From a virus, in IMG/VR virus record IMGVR_UViG_3300024054_000269, positions 118,303-182,302 of that record: 64,000 bases of DNA; one strand, given 5' to 3'. Positions within the stretch are counted from its first letter, which is position 1. The number at the start of each line of letters is the position of its first letter. Below, in pieces: positions 1 to 9,501 of the stretch. Under the pieces are notes generated by a model, which saw nothing but the letters and a program-made list of their open reading frames with translations, ran no database searches and was not told the DNA's origin. The position numbers were made by a program, and so were the translations under genes.

Positions 1-936
1 GACTATTACTTCATGATCTGGTTGCATGCCGGGCAATATGTCTATATTGACGTTGCTTCCATTTGGTAACTTTATGTTTTGTTTCAATCCGATTAAGAAA
101 TCAATAATTGGCGTATAATGAATAATCTTTAAATTGTCGCCAATTCTTGAACATTCTTCTCTTTGATCAACATAAATCGTTACGTAAAGGTCGCCTGGTT
201 CACCATTTTCTATAAAATTTCCTTTTCCTTGAATTCTTAATTTTTGTCCAGCTTCAACACCTGGTGGAATAAAAATAGACACAAACTTTATTGATTTTGT
301 TTTACCAGAACCGTGGCATGTTTTACATGACGAAATGAACAAAACACCAAGCCCGTTGCACACATCACATGTGATTACGTTCATGACGTGTTTTCTAGAC
401 GAAATGATTTTCCCATGGCCAGCACAAGATTTACACGGTATCTTTTTACCGTTCACATCCTTGCCTGATCCAGAACAATCATTACAATTCAAATCTCTTT
501 TTACGGATTCTATTTTAAGTTCCTTCTTACACCCATTTAATGATTCTTCAAGAGACAGTAATATATCAACTTCTATATCTTTTCCTTTTCCTTTTCCTAC
601 TGAATCATCAAACCCATCAAACCCATCAAACCCATTATTAAACATGTCTTGAAAATGATTCATAAAATCAGAAAATCCTGGACCACTGGTTCTTGACCAC
701 CTAGTCCCAGGGCTAAATTGAAATGATTTCGAATTATCGTATTTATTTCTTCTATCTGGATCAGATAAAACTGAATAAGCCTCAGACGCAGCTTTCATTT
801 TGTTTTCTGAATCTTGGCAGCCTGGATTTTTGTCTGGATGATATTCTTTGGCTATTTTTTGGAATGCTTTTTTTATTTGTTCAGAAGTGGCATTTTTTGG
901 GATGCCAAGAATGCTATAATAATCGGTGTTGTTCAT
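1..936 (-). CDS. dnaJ: Chaperone DnaJ (class A), 3' end beyond window edge
   Basis: Not in the ORF track. Hand translation from ATG at 936: MNNTDYYSILGIPKNATSEQIKKAFQKIAKEYHPDKNPG (J-domain, HPD), a G/F region with GFD x3, four CxxCxGxG repeats (CNDCSGSG, CKSCAGHG, CDVCNGLG, CKTCHGSG), then IPPGVEAGQKLRIQGKG...PGDLYV. Frame is open to position 1. Confidence 0.93.
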   Translation of the reverse strand, partial: MNNTDYYSILGIPKNATSEQIKKAFQKIAKEYHPDKNPGCQDSENKMKAASEAYSVLSDPDRRNKYDNSKSFQFSPGTRWSRTSGPGFSDFMNHFQDMFNNGFDGFDGFDDSVGKGKGKDIEVDILLSLEESLNGCKKELKIESVKRDLNCNDCSGSGKDVNGKKIPCKSCAGHGKIISSRKHVMNVITCDVCNGLGVLFISSCKTCHGSGKTKSIKFVSIFIPPGVEAGQKLRIQGKGNFIENGEPGDLYVTIYVDQREECSRIGDNLKIIHYTPIIDFLIGLKQNIKLPNGSNVNIDILPGMQPDHEVIV

Positions 937-952
937 TTGAATGACCTAGTAA

Positions 953-964
953 TGTAATCTGACA
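953..964 (+). promoter_or_regulatory. TG-TANNNT -10 element directly before the polA start (leaderless-type)
   Basis: TG TAATCT GACA ATG. Confidence 0.6.
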
Positions 965-3691
965 ATGATGGAACTCCAGCAACTTGATGACAAAGTAGAC
1001 ATTAAAAAATCTTGGTTTTCTGAATATTCGTTTCATTTAGTATCAAACCAAGAGCAGTTTTCTAAACTTGTTGACATGTGTGTTAAACGTGGTTTGTGTT
1101 CACTCGATGTCGAAACGACAGGTGTTGATAATCGAATATATCCCGATACACACTTCAATGACGGAAAAAAATCTAAACACGGAATAAGAACTATTGATAA
1201 GGTTGTTGGATTATGCATTTCTTTTGATGGCAAAAATGGGTACTATGTTCCTCTGAATCATGAACCATCAGATTCAAACAATTTACCTTGGGACTCTACC
1301 TGCGATGATTTAACAAGGCTTTGCAATGGTTGTAGGATAATTTTTCATAATTCGAAATTTGATCAAGAAATGTTATACCCGATGACGGGTAAGGAATTTT
1401 GGAAAATTAACGAATATGAAGATACAATGCTTATGGCAGGCGTTTTAAACCCGCTTAAAGCATTACCAAAAGGTCTTAAACAATTATCAAAGCTACAGTT
1501 TGGTATTGATATGATAGAATTAAATGAATTGTTTACTGAAGAACAAACCAAACAATTGGAATTAAACAAACAAGGCAAAAATTTCGGTATTTTACATCCT
1601 AAAGAAGGCCTTGAATACGGATGTTCTGACGGAATTTTTACTTACAAATTGTTTTTTTCTTTGAAAGACAAATTGAGAGAGAATGATTCTAGTATATACG
1701 ACCTAGAAAAAACATTTTGCAATATTTTGAGAAAAATGGAAAGAAACAGAGTAAGGCTTAATATAAAATTAGTTGAAGAACTAAATAATGAATGCAATAA
1801 ATCAATGCAAAATATCGGAGACTCAATAAGAAACTTTATTGAATCAAAAACTGGAAATACTGGAAAGTGGCTAAGTTTGAATGTCGGATCTGGCGATCAA
1901 TTAAGGAAAGCTATTTTCCTTGATGTTGATGGTTTGAAATTAAAACCAATACCAGAAATGTTTGATTCTGAATCTGGTTCTGGATCAGACGATGATGATG
2001 CTGCTGCTGATGTTACTTTTACACTAAAAGATGAAGCGCTCAAGGCTCTTTTAAAGGCATATTCAAAGTTGGTTATAAAAATTGATGGCACTGAAAAAAC
2101 AATATTTGGATGGGTTCTTGATTATAGGCATTATGAGAAGATGGAAGGTTCATTCACGTCTAAATTTATACAATCACATGATAAATACGGAGAGGTAAGG
2201 CCTGATTACAAACAAATAGGTACTGACACTGCTCGTCTTTCTTCGAAAGCCGGTGAAATCAAACATGGCTATTCTGGTGTCAATTTTCAAGGAATGCCAA
2301 GAGACTCTGATGATGATAAACCAGAAACATTTAAAAGATTAAGAGAATGTATAATACCAAGAGATGACTATGTTCTCGTAAAAATAGATTATGCTGGGGA
2401 AGAACTGAGGGTTGTTACAAATTTGTCAGGAGACCCAATTTGGACGAAATCATTCTTGCACGAAGACGGTGATGTCCATTCAATTACAACCAAAATCTTG
2501 TATGGAAAACAAAATATAACAAAAGATGAAAGAAATAGGGGGAAAAGGTGCAATTTCGCCGTTATTTACGGCGGAGGGGCTGGCGCAATATCTAGAAATA
2601 TTGGTTGTTCAATTGAAGATGGCGGGCGCATGCTTGACAATCTTAGAAGTGGCGTCCCAATTTTAATGGGGTATTCAGATCAACAAAGGCGCTTTGCAAA
2701 ACAAAATAAATGCATCTACACAGCTTTTGGCAGAAGAATACCAATACCAACAATAGATCATCAAGTTGTTGCAATTAGAAGAAAAGCAGAAAGATGCGCC
2801 ATTAATTACACCATTCAGTCAACATCAGCAGACGTATTGAAATTGGCAATGTGTTTCGTCGATAAAAACATAAGAAAAAGAGGGTGGGAAGACAAATTAA
2901 AATATGTTATGACTGTTCACGATGAAGTCGTTTATGAAATAAAACCAGAAATACTTCAAGAAGCTATACCATTATTAAATGAATGGATGGTGTTGCCTTG
3001 GAAATTGCCAAAGGCACATGGTAAAGCATGGGTTGTTCCGCTCGAAACTGAACCAGATATTGATTTGAGTTGGAGAGCAAAATACAACTTCTTCAAGATG
3101 GTTGATGGTATAAAACCAAAACCAAGTGATGTTGATAAAAATGGCAATTTTGTTGGTGATTTAAAAAAGAACGAATATTTCCATAATGGAAAAATATACC
3201 AGAGTATACCAGATTTTTTGAAGCCTTGGATAAAAAGAACCGATCAACTCGATGATAACGACGTCGACAATGATGAAATAAAATTAGACACGAAATTAAA
3301 GGAAGATGATGAAGTAAAATCAGATATAGTGGTTGTTTCAAATGAAGAAACTGTCTCTGTGGACGCAACATTATCTGATGTTGAAGTACATGATAATGTT
3401 GCGTCAGTTTCACCAATAAAAGATCTTGCTGGGCTTTCAACTAATACAGAACAAAAAGAACAAGTTGAACCTAAAAAAGAATCAAATGGCCATATTTTAA
3501 ATTGGATAATTAAATCACCGTTGAACCACATGAATGTTAAAAAATTGCAGGCCATATGTTTATTAACCGACGGTGAAACACCATTAAGAATAAGTTTACC
3601 AAACGGCGTAATTGTGGTAGACGATTCTAAAGGCATAAAAGTTAAAGAGGATGAATTTGTTATATTGACAAGGTTGTTTGGACTTGGATAA
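965..3691 (+). CDS. polA: Family A DNA polymerase (3'-5' exo + polymerase, no 5'-3' exo) with C-terminal extension
   Basis: ExoI LDVETTG, ExoII HNSKFD, ExoIII YGCSDG; motif A IDYAGEELRV, motif B RNRGKRCNFAVIYGGG, motif C VHDEVV. Confidence 0.95.
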   Translation: MMELQQLDDKVDIKKSWFSEYSFHLVSNQEQFSKLVDMCVKRGLCSLDVETTGVDNRIYPDTHFNDGKKSKHGIRTIDKVVGLCISFDGKNGYYVPLNHEPSDSNNLPWDSTCDDLTRLCNGCRIIFHNSKFDQEMLYPMTGKEFWKINEYEDTMLMAGVLNPLKALPKGLKQLSKLQFGIDMIELNELFTEEQTKQLELNKQGKNFGILHPKEGLEYGCSDGIFTYKLFFSLKDKLRENDSSIYDLEKTFCNILRKMERNRVRLNIKLVEELNNECNKSMQNIGDSIRNFIESKTGNTGKWLSLNVGSGDQLRKAIFLDVDGLKLKPIPEMFDSESGSGSDDDDAAADVTFTLKDEALKALLKAYSKLVIKIDGTEKTIFGWVLDYRHYEKMEGSFTSKFIQSHDKYGEVRPDYKQIGTDTARLSSKAGEIKHGYSGVNFQGMPRDSDDDKPETFKRLRECIIPRDDYVLVKIDYAGEELRVVTNLSGDPIWTKSFLHEDGDVHSITTKILYGKQNITKDERNRGKRCNFAVIYGGGAGAISRNIGCSIEDGGRMLDNLRSGVPILMGYSDQQRRFAKQNKCIYTAFGRRIPIPTIDHQVVAIRRKAERCAINYTIQSTSADVLKLAMCFVDKNIRKRGWEDKLKYVMTVHDEVVYEIKPEILQEAIPLLNEWMVLPWKLPKAHGKAWVVPLETEPDIDLSWRAKYNFFKMVDGIKPKPSDVDKNGNFVGDLKKNEYFHNGKIYQSIPDFLKPWIKRTDQLDDNDVDNDEIKLDTKLKEDDEVKSDIVVVSNEETVSVDATLSDVEVHDNVASVSPIKDLAGLSTNTEQKEQVEPKKESNGHILNWIIKSPLNHMNVKKLQAICLLTDGETPLRISLPNGVIVVDDSKGIKVKEDEFVILTRLFGLG

Positions 3692-4175
3692 TTCATCAAT
3701 TTTTTTAAATGAAGGTGAAGTAAAAGTTCTTAGTGTGGATAAGAGTAACAGACAGGCGTTGTTATTTTTCAATGTGCCGTTATATTTAGCCCAATCAGCA
3801 TTGCCAGCTCTATTATACAGTGGTGTTATTGAGTCATTTTCATTGTCAAATCCAATATCAGTTTTTATACCAAATTTTAAAGACGAAGATGTTGTTAATA
3901 AATTGCTCACAAATAAATTGAATTCAAAAGTGTCGAAATCAATATCTGATTCAATCTCGCTTTACAAACAATCATTACAAGTTCTAAAACGACCATCTGA
4001 TATAATTTCATTATTACCAGTTGGTGTTTATGTATCATTTGCATATAAATGCAGTATAGATGCGTTTATTTCATCAATGAACGATAGATGGGTAATTGAA
4101 GAAAACTCATACGAACATGAATTTAAATGGGCTGTATCTAAAATTATGGCATCAATTCTAAATGACATTGGTTGA
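3678..4175 (+). CDS. Degenerate ThyX-like protein
   Basis: Spacing of FFNVPLYLAQ, VFIP, IISLLPVGVY and EHEFKWAV resembles ThyX, but there is no RHR/catalytic Ser motif; overlaps the polA stop. Confidence 0.35.
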   Translation: MDLDNSSIFLNEGEVKVLSVDKSNRQALLFFNVPLYLAQSALPALLYSGVIESFSLSNPISVFIPNFKDEDVVNKLLTNKLNSKVSKSISDSISLYKQSLQVLKRPSDIISLLPVGVYVSFAYKCSIDAFISSMNDRWVIEENSYEHEFKWAVSKIMASILNDIG

Positions 4176-5024
4176 ATTTCTTAACAACTTTGGTGAACGC
4201 ACCTTTACTTTTACAGAAAACCATTTGTGTTTTGTGTTTGAATTTTCAGTTACTTCAATAACGTCACATGATATAATGTCGTCGTATTTTAGCATTAGTT
4301 TTTTAGCAACGAGTGCTCCATACATATGGGCTCTATGAAAATTCATGTTCATTGATTGATATTCACCATCAATGTGTTCTTTACCAACTTCTATAACGTC
4401 GTCTATTGCGTTATCAGTTAATTTTTCGATTTTAACACCCATTTCCAGTAACACTGATTTAGTGTAGTCAATTATGGAAACTGGATTCAACATATGTTCG
4501 AATGTTGATTTCAATGCCGGATTTTTTGATATTTTATCTAAAGCTAACTCTTTTTGATTATTCCTTTTTTCATCTTCATATTTCTTAAGACCTAGTGATG
4601 ATGATATGCCTGGGTGAATTATCAAGCCCGGGTGATGAATGTTCCCATTCTCATCAGTCCAGTCTTGCGGTCTATAAAATGATGATTCGTCTGCCTTTAT
4701 AATAGCTCTTCCGGTGTCTGTGTCTATTATGTATAAGCCCGGGTTTTCTTTTTGATATTTGTATTCATCTGCAATTATATTTGCGGCAATTTTTAAAAAA
4801 TCGTCGTCGCTTATTTCTTCATTATTTAAATTTTTAAGGAAATTAATTATATTATCAGCTGATTCAAGAGCTGAAAAATTGTTTTCTTCAATTTTGGCTC
4901 TTATGAAATTTAATCTTGATACAGTTATTCTTTTTTTAAGTTCTTTTATTGACTCGATGTCACCATCAGTTTCAGCTTTAGTCAATGCCAAAAAATAATC
5001 TTTAATTTCTGTCATTTCTGTCAT
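4158..5024 (-). CDS. Hypothetical protein
   Basis: 288-aa ORF, coupled (4-nt overlap) to the upstream gene. Confidence 0.7.
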   Translation of the reverse strand: MTEMTEIKDYFLALTKAETDGDIESIKELKKRITVSRLNFIRAKIEENNFSALESADNIINFLKNLNNEEISDDDFLKIAANIIADEYKYQKENPGLYIIDTDTGRAIIKADESSFYRPQDWTDENGNIHHPGLIIHPGISSSLGLKKYEDEKRNNQKELALDKISKNPALKSTFEHMLNPVSIIDYTKSVLLEMGVKIEKLTDNAIDDVIEVGKEHIDGEYQSMNMNFHRAHMYGALVAKKLMLKYDDIISCDVIEVTENSNTKHKWFSVKVKVRSPKLLRNSTNVI

Positions 5025-5551
5025 TTGTCATCACCAAATGTGAATGTTCCGCCAGGGTCCATAAAAACTTCTGCATCATTTTTAACCATAGACCCTTGAG
5101 TAAATTGTGTATTTAATTTCTTGTCTATTTTATTTGAAACTTCTGTTTGCTTCTCAATCTTCTTTTTTTGTTTTTTTTCTTTTTTGTTTTTTTCAATTGG
5201 CTGTGTGATTTTAATGTCTTCCACGATCGGTTTTTCAATGATTTCAGTTATCGGTTTTGTATCTGGTATACTTTCATTTGGTATCGAGTAAACTTTGATC
5301 GGATCTGGTTCGATTGATATAAAATGTTTGGCTCTTATGGCATCATACCTATTATCATTATCATCTGCACGCGGGACCTTTAAGAATAATCTATCTTCCC
5401 ATTCATTTACTCGTTTGTTGAACAGAGATCCGGCCGCACTTCGCACACATGCGGAATTCGCACATAACCTGCAATATTGATTATTAAAATTATCTATCGG
5501 GGTTCGTTCAAATCCAGACATGCAATCTTTGAGAAAATCTTGTTTGCTCAC
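5021..5551 (-). CDS. Hypothetical protein with CxxCxxxxC motif
   Basis: 176 aa, CRLCANSAC; GTG start preceded by TG TAAAGT ACGTT. Confidence 0.7.
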   Translation of the reverse strand: MSKQDFLKDCMSGFERTPIDNFNNQYCRLCANSACVRSAAGSLFNKRVNEWEDRLFLKVPRADDNDNRYDAIRAKHFISIEPDPIKVYSIPNESIPDTKPITEIIEKPIVEDIKITQPIEKNKKEKKQKKKIEKQTEVSNKIDKKLNTQFTQGSMVKNDAEVFMDPGGTFTFGDDK

Positions 5552-5629
5552 AACGTACTTTACACAATCAATTGCGAATTTTGTATTAAATGTGCTAGAA
5601 TCAATGATTCACAATAGAGGGAAATAAAC

Positions 5630-6286
5630 GTGATAGCTCAAGAGCTGAATCGATCTAGGACTATCAAGGTAAAAAACCCCATTAAAACACAACGGCTGCC
5701 ATGGCCAAGATTATCAGAAGACGAACCAAAAGTTCAGCTTGGAGTTGACGTTGTAGCAAAACAACAAGATATAATAAAAATTGTATACAAATTTTTTAGA
5801 GTCGAAGATATATCAATGGACGAACTTTTACAAGAAGTATATCTTGCAATATTGCATAAAAATCAAACAAGAAGTGCGCATGATCAAAGGAAATCGAGTT
5901 TTGGGCATTATGTTTATATGGTAGCAGATAATGTATGCAAGAATTTGGTCAATAAAAGAAAACGACGAGACAGAGAAAAAGAATCGCTTGATGCACCGTG
6001 TAATGTAGATGGCAGTAGAAGAACGAATTTAGAGGTCATAGAAGATTGTGGGTTTTTGAATGTTGAACCAATTAATAATGATATAGAACCTGCTCAAGAA
6101 TTTGAAGAAATCCTTAGAAAAAACGGCAAAAGAGAGCTTGCAAGATATATTAGGGCGGTTAGATACGGTGCAAGGCCTGAGATAATAAAAGAAGCCCTTT
6201 CCTTTGGTCAAAAAAGGTATTCTGCAAAGATGGTAAGAGATTTAAAAACGAAAGTCAAAGAAGCAGCTAAAGAATTTAGTCTTTAA
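5630..6286 (+). CDS. Divergent sigma-70 family (ECF-like) factor
   Basis: Region 2-like DELLQEVYLAILHK...SSFGHYVYMVADNVCKNLVNKRKR, then SLD and a C-terminal helical region. Confidence 0.7.
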   Translation: MIAQELNRSRTIKVKNPIKTQRLPWPRLSEDEPKVQLGVDVVAKQQDIIKIVYKFFRVEDISMDELLQEVYLAILHKNQTRSAHDQRKSSFGHYVYMVADNVCKNLVNKRKRRDREKESLDAPCNVDGSRRTNLEVIEDCGFLNVEPINNDIEPAQEFEEILRKNGKRELARYIRAVRYGARPEIIKEALSFGQKRYSAKMVRDLKTKVKEAAKEFSL

Positions 6287-6512
6287 TTTTCCATTTAGAA
6301 ATACTTTCAATAAAACTGTTTATCGATTTATCCAAATTTTCTTTTGACATTTCATTTTTTAACAAAATTGTTAAATTGCCTCTAATTAGCGATAATCCAG
6401 TTGTTGGGTTTTTCAGCAGTTCCCAACATCCCTTGCAGACATATAAATTGGAACCGTCTTCATCTTTTCCCCTAAATTCACCGTCATTCACACAAAAATA
6501 ACATGTGTTCAT
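6276..6512 (-). CDS. Hypothetical protein with two CxxC motifs
   Basis: CYFC, CKGC; operon-coupled. Confidence 0.6.
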   Translation of the reverse strand: MNTCYFCVNDGEFRGKDEDGSNLYVCKGCWELLKNPTTGLSLIRGNLTILLKNEMSKENLDKSINSFIESISKWKIKD

Positions 6513-7114
6513 TGATTAAACTCATTAAATAAAATTGACACCACCTGCTCTATGTCTTTATTAGACTGAGAATATATATTTTCAGCAAAAATTAGCGCCA
6601 TTGGTATTGGTAATTTTATTTTAAGAACACCATACGAATCGATTTTTGAATTTATTAGCTTATCAAATTCCAACATTATTTCATCCATGTCAACTGGTTT
6701 ATACAGACCGGTCTCACTACTCCATGGGTTGCAATATTCAGGATTTGATGAAACAAAATGTGTTGAACACGTCGGCGGCCTAACCGGATAAGCTGAACAT
6801 TCACCTTTTTCGTTTAAGACCGGGCATTTTATATTCATTTTAAACCATGATACTGGATTAGAATTTCTAATAACTTTAATTTGATCCAACGATTTAACTT
6901 TGGTTATTTTCCATTGATTATTGAGTAAATATTCATACATAATTATTGCTTCAGCGACTGTTATGTATAATAATCGGCTACAACAGCCATTGCATCCAAC
7001 CTTGCAAGATATAACGTCTTTGTAAATTGAAAGTCTTTTTTTATCTGACTTGTAAGCCGATTCTATTATTGATAATTTAATCGAATTTAAAGCTTGAGAC
7101 AGTTGAAAGTTCAA
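6509..7114 (-). CDS. YkgJ/FliB-family cysteine cluster protein
   Basis: CKVGCNGCC ... CPVLNEKGECSAYPVRPPTC. Confidence 0.85.
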   Translation of the reverse strand: MNFQLSQALNSIKLSIIESAYKSDKKRLSIYKDVISCKVGCNGCCSRLLYITVAEAIIMYEYLLNNQWKITKVKSLDQIKVIRNSNPVSWFKMNIKCPVLNEKGECSAYPVRPPTCSTHFVSSNPEYCNPWSSETGLYKPVDMDEIMLEFDKLINSKIDSYGVLKIKLPIPMALIFAENIYSQSNKDIEQVVSILFNEFNQ

Positions 7115-7122
7115 TTAATTTC

Positions 7123-7458
7123 TCAATTTATCGATGGTATAACATCATCAAAATCACATAGATATATTTCTTTCATTATCATTCTTTTCTCATTTTGAGA
7201 TAAATCTAGTGTTTCAACTTTATTTAAAGCCGTAATTTTTATATAATTTTTAATTTGTTCTTTTGCTTCGTCGATTTTACCATATTCAAGAAATGATAAT
7301 ATATCCTCATGAAGTTTAGACTTTGCAATGTTAATCAATTCTCGCTCAGTAATAGTAACTAAATGGTCATCCCCACATTTTGTTCTTAACAAACACATCC
7401 TAGCAAATCTTTTGGCAAACACTTTAGAAGAATCTAATATCGGACCTAGGTGTAACAT
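7123..7458 (-). CDS. Hypothetical protein
   Basis: 111 aa, SD-like GAGG upstream. Confidence 0.6.
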   Translation of the reverse strand: MLHLGPILDSSKVFAKRFARMCLLRTKCGDDHLVTITERELINIAKSKLHEDILSFLEYGKIDEAKEQIKNYIKITALNKVETLDLSQNEKRMIMKEIYLCDFDDVIPSIN

Positions 7459-7517
7459 ATGAACCTCTTTCTTCCTTTGGCGGTTCTATATAGAACCGCC
7501 AAAGGAAGCACAACATA

Positions 7518-8324
7518 TCAAATTACGGTCGCGACGTCAGAAGAGGCTTTTACAGAACTCAGAAGCCTATCAACATCGGCTTCCGATTTAGCTTTTGAGC
7601 CATTTGTATTAGAAAGTTCTACTTTATCGTCTTTGCCAATCTTAAACAAATTCTTGTCTTTTAGCGCATTGTATAATGACTGGCGAGACCATTTACCGAC
7701 TTTCTTCGTTTCAGAATAAATTTCAGATTTTGTAAGTTTTTTCCCCTTCAATATCTGGGAAATCACACCTTTAAGAGGCGGCTTAGCCCCAGCTTTTGTA
7801 AGCGCAACCTTTACAGGCTTTTTCTCAATTTTTTTATCCGATTTAGCTTCTATTGGTTTTGCCGCCTTGGCTGGTTTCGCCTTTGCAGCCTTTGCCGCCT
7901 TTGCTGGTTTGGCCACCTTGGCCACTTTGGCTGGTTTTTCCGCCTTGGCTGGTTTTTCCGCCTTGGCTGGTTTTTCCGCCTTGGCTGGTTTGGCCGCCTT
8001 GGCTGGTTTGGCCACCTTGGCCGCCTTTGCCGGTTTTGCCGGTTTTGCCGGTTTTGCCGCCTTTGCCGGTTTGTCAACTTTCTTTGTCACTTTTTCTTTC
8101 TTTTCCATTTTTGGTTTGGCCTTTTCCGGGTTTTTTAATTTATTTTCAATACCCGGCATAACATTACTAGACATCAATGTTACAATTTTATCAACTTTGG
8201 CTCTGTTTTCAGTCATTATTTTTGTGACTGATGCATTAGCATTATCGATGCCTTTTATCAATGCGTTGATTTTGGTTTGATTTTGAGTTGACTTTTGATT
8301 TCCCGATTTCTTACCATCAGCCAT
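7518..8324 (-). CDS. Histone H1-like Lys/Ala/Pro-rich DNA-binding protein with C-terminal winged-helix-like domain
   Basis: Central (K)PAKAAK/PAKAEK repeats; folded C-terminal block PPLKGVISQILKGKKLTKSEIY...WSRQSLYNALK. Confidence 0.75.
   Translation of the reverse strand: MADGKKSGNQKSTQNQTKINALIKGIDNANASVTKIMTENRAKVDKIVTLMSSNVMPGIENKLKNPEKAKPKMEKKEKVTKKVDKPAKAAKPAKPAKPAKAAKVAKPAKAAKPAKAEKPAKAEKPAKAEKPAKVAKVAKPAKAAKAAKAKPAKAAKPIEAKSDKKIEKKPVKVALTKAGAKPPLKGVISQILKGKKLTKSEIYSETKKVGKWSRQSLYNALKDKNLFKIGKDDKVELSNTNGSKAKSEADVDRLLSSVKASSDVATVI
7855..8075. repeat. Coding 9/18-bp tandem repeats (PAKAAK/PAKAEK)
   Basis: gccttggctggtttttcc and gccggtttt units repeated in tandem. Confidence 0.9.
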
Positions 8325-8559
8325 GTTTGTGTCCTCTTTGTCGGGGTTCTATTACCCCGGCCTTTTTTGAAAAGGAGCGTCTCTTGAATTGTTTAATGAT
8401 CCTATTGATATCAGACTCACTGACAATTCCAAGCTTTCGGCATACCCTTTCTTTCATGTTTGAATGGTTGACAAGAGTTGATCTTAGTCTTTCATGACCA
8501 CTGGATATTGCCATATTTAATGCAATACCCCATAGTCTTGAAAACTCGTCTGTCACCAT
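8317..8559 (-). CDS. Hypothetical protein
   Basis: 80 aa; TG TAAAAT ATTA ATG. Confidence 0.6.
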   Translation of the reverse strand: MVTDEFSRLWGIALNMAISSGHERLRSTLVNHSNMKERVCRKLGIVSESDINRIIKQFKRRSFSKKAGVIEPRQRGHKHG

Positions 8560-8589
8560 TAATATTTTACATTTAAAGTTATATTAATT

Positions 8590-8805
8590 GTGCCAAGAGT
8601 ACCGTACAAAATGCATTATCAAGAGTTTCTTAAAATGTTAAATAATATAGAAAATGAATTCAAAATTAACGGTAAACAGCTATTGACAATACGAGATTTA
8701 AAGGAGTTCATTCTAAACAAGACCAATAAGGTTCCCAAACAGCCGCAAGTGTTGAAGCTTAAAAGATCGAAAGGCCTGAAGTCGTTGAAGGGGTTTGGCT
8801 TGTGA
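8590..8805 (+). CDS. Hypothetical basic protein
   Basis: 71 aa, coupled to the J-domain gene. Confidence 0.55.
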   Translation: MPRVPYKMHYQEFLKMLNNIENEFKINGKQLLTIRDLKEFILNKTNKVPKQPQVLKLKRSKGLKSLKGFGL

Positions 8806-9116
8806 CAATGTCGCTAGCCAGGGCCTGGCGAATTTTAGGGTTTGATATGCATGATATAATGCTATCTGCAAAACAAAATAGGGATGTCAATCAAAGAATT
8901 GAACACATACGAAATTTGACTAAATCAGCCAAGACGGTGGCAAAAAAAGCCATGGCAAAACATCACCCAGATAAGGGTGGTGATCCAAAGATATTTATAA
9001 GTATAAAAGAAGCCATAGATTCTATAGAACACCATCGTGATAAACTAATAGAAGAATTTAACCAAAAGAAAATAAACACCAAAAAGAAGAGGAAGCCATA
9101 TATTGAATTCAAATAG
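8802..9116 (+). CDS. Small J-domain protein
   Basis: AWRILG...AKKAMAKHHPDKGGDPKIFISIKEA (HPD intact), with an insertion after helix I. Confidence 0.75.
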   Translation: MTMSLARAWRILGFDMHDIMLSAKQNRDVNQRIEHIRNLTKSAKTVAKKAMAKHHPDKGGDPKIFISIKEAIDSIEHHRDKLIEEFNQKKINTKKKRKPYIEFK

Positions 9117-9144
9117 TGAACTTATTATGATTGAGAATAATTAG

Positions 9145-9501
9145 ATGTCAAATTACTGTCCACTATCAATCGACCTGAATACAAAGTGCAATTTGACACC
9201 AAACGAATGCACACTATGTAATAGACCAGCTAGCAAGGGAAATGTTTGGATAGAAAACAACATATGCAGATTGGATGAAATAGATTACGATGTTGTATGC
9301 CGTGTTTTGTCACATGTGCCAAGGGCAAGGAAAGACTTGCTTGAAATAACAAACGACCCAACATTAATAGCATTGGCAAACACTGTCGGTTTAGTAATTC
9401 CAGATCAAGAAGAAAATGAAATTCACAGAAAAAGATTAACTAGAAATACGCTTCCGTATTACACTATTTTCAAGGGAAATGTCGGGGGTAATATTATTTA
9501 A
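9145..9501 (+). CDS. Hypothetical Cys-rich protein
   Basis: 118-aa ORF. Confidence 0.55.
   Translation: MSNYCPLSIDLNTKCNLTPNECTLCNRPASKGNVWIENNICRLDEIDYDVVCRVLSHVPRARKDLLEITNDPTLIALANTVGLVIPDQEENEIHRKRLTRNTLPYYTIFKGNVGGNII

Noticed and set aside
335-944. Track ORFs 335..652 and 723..944 (+)
   Set aside because: Antisense shadows of the minus-strand dnaJ.
7850-8280. Alternative-frame ORFs over the H1-like repeat (7850, 7853, 7867)
   Set aside because: Stop-free by-products of the low-complexity repeat.
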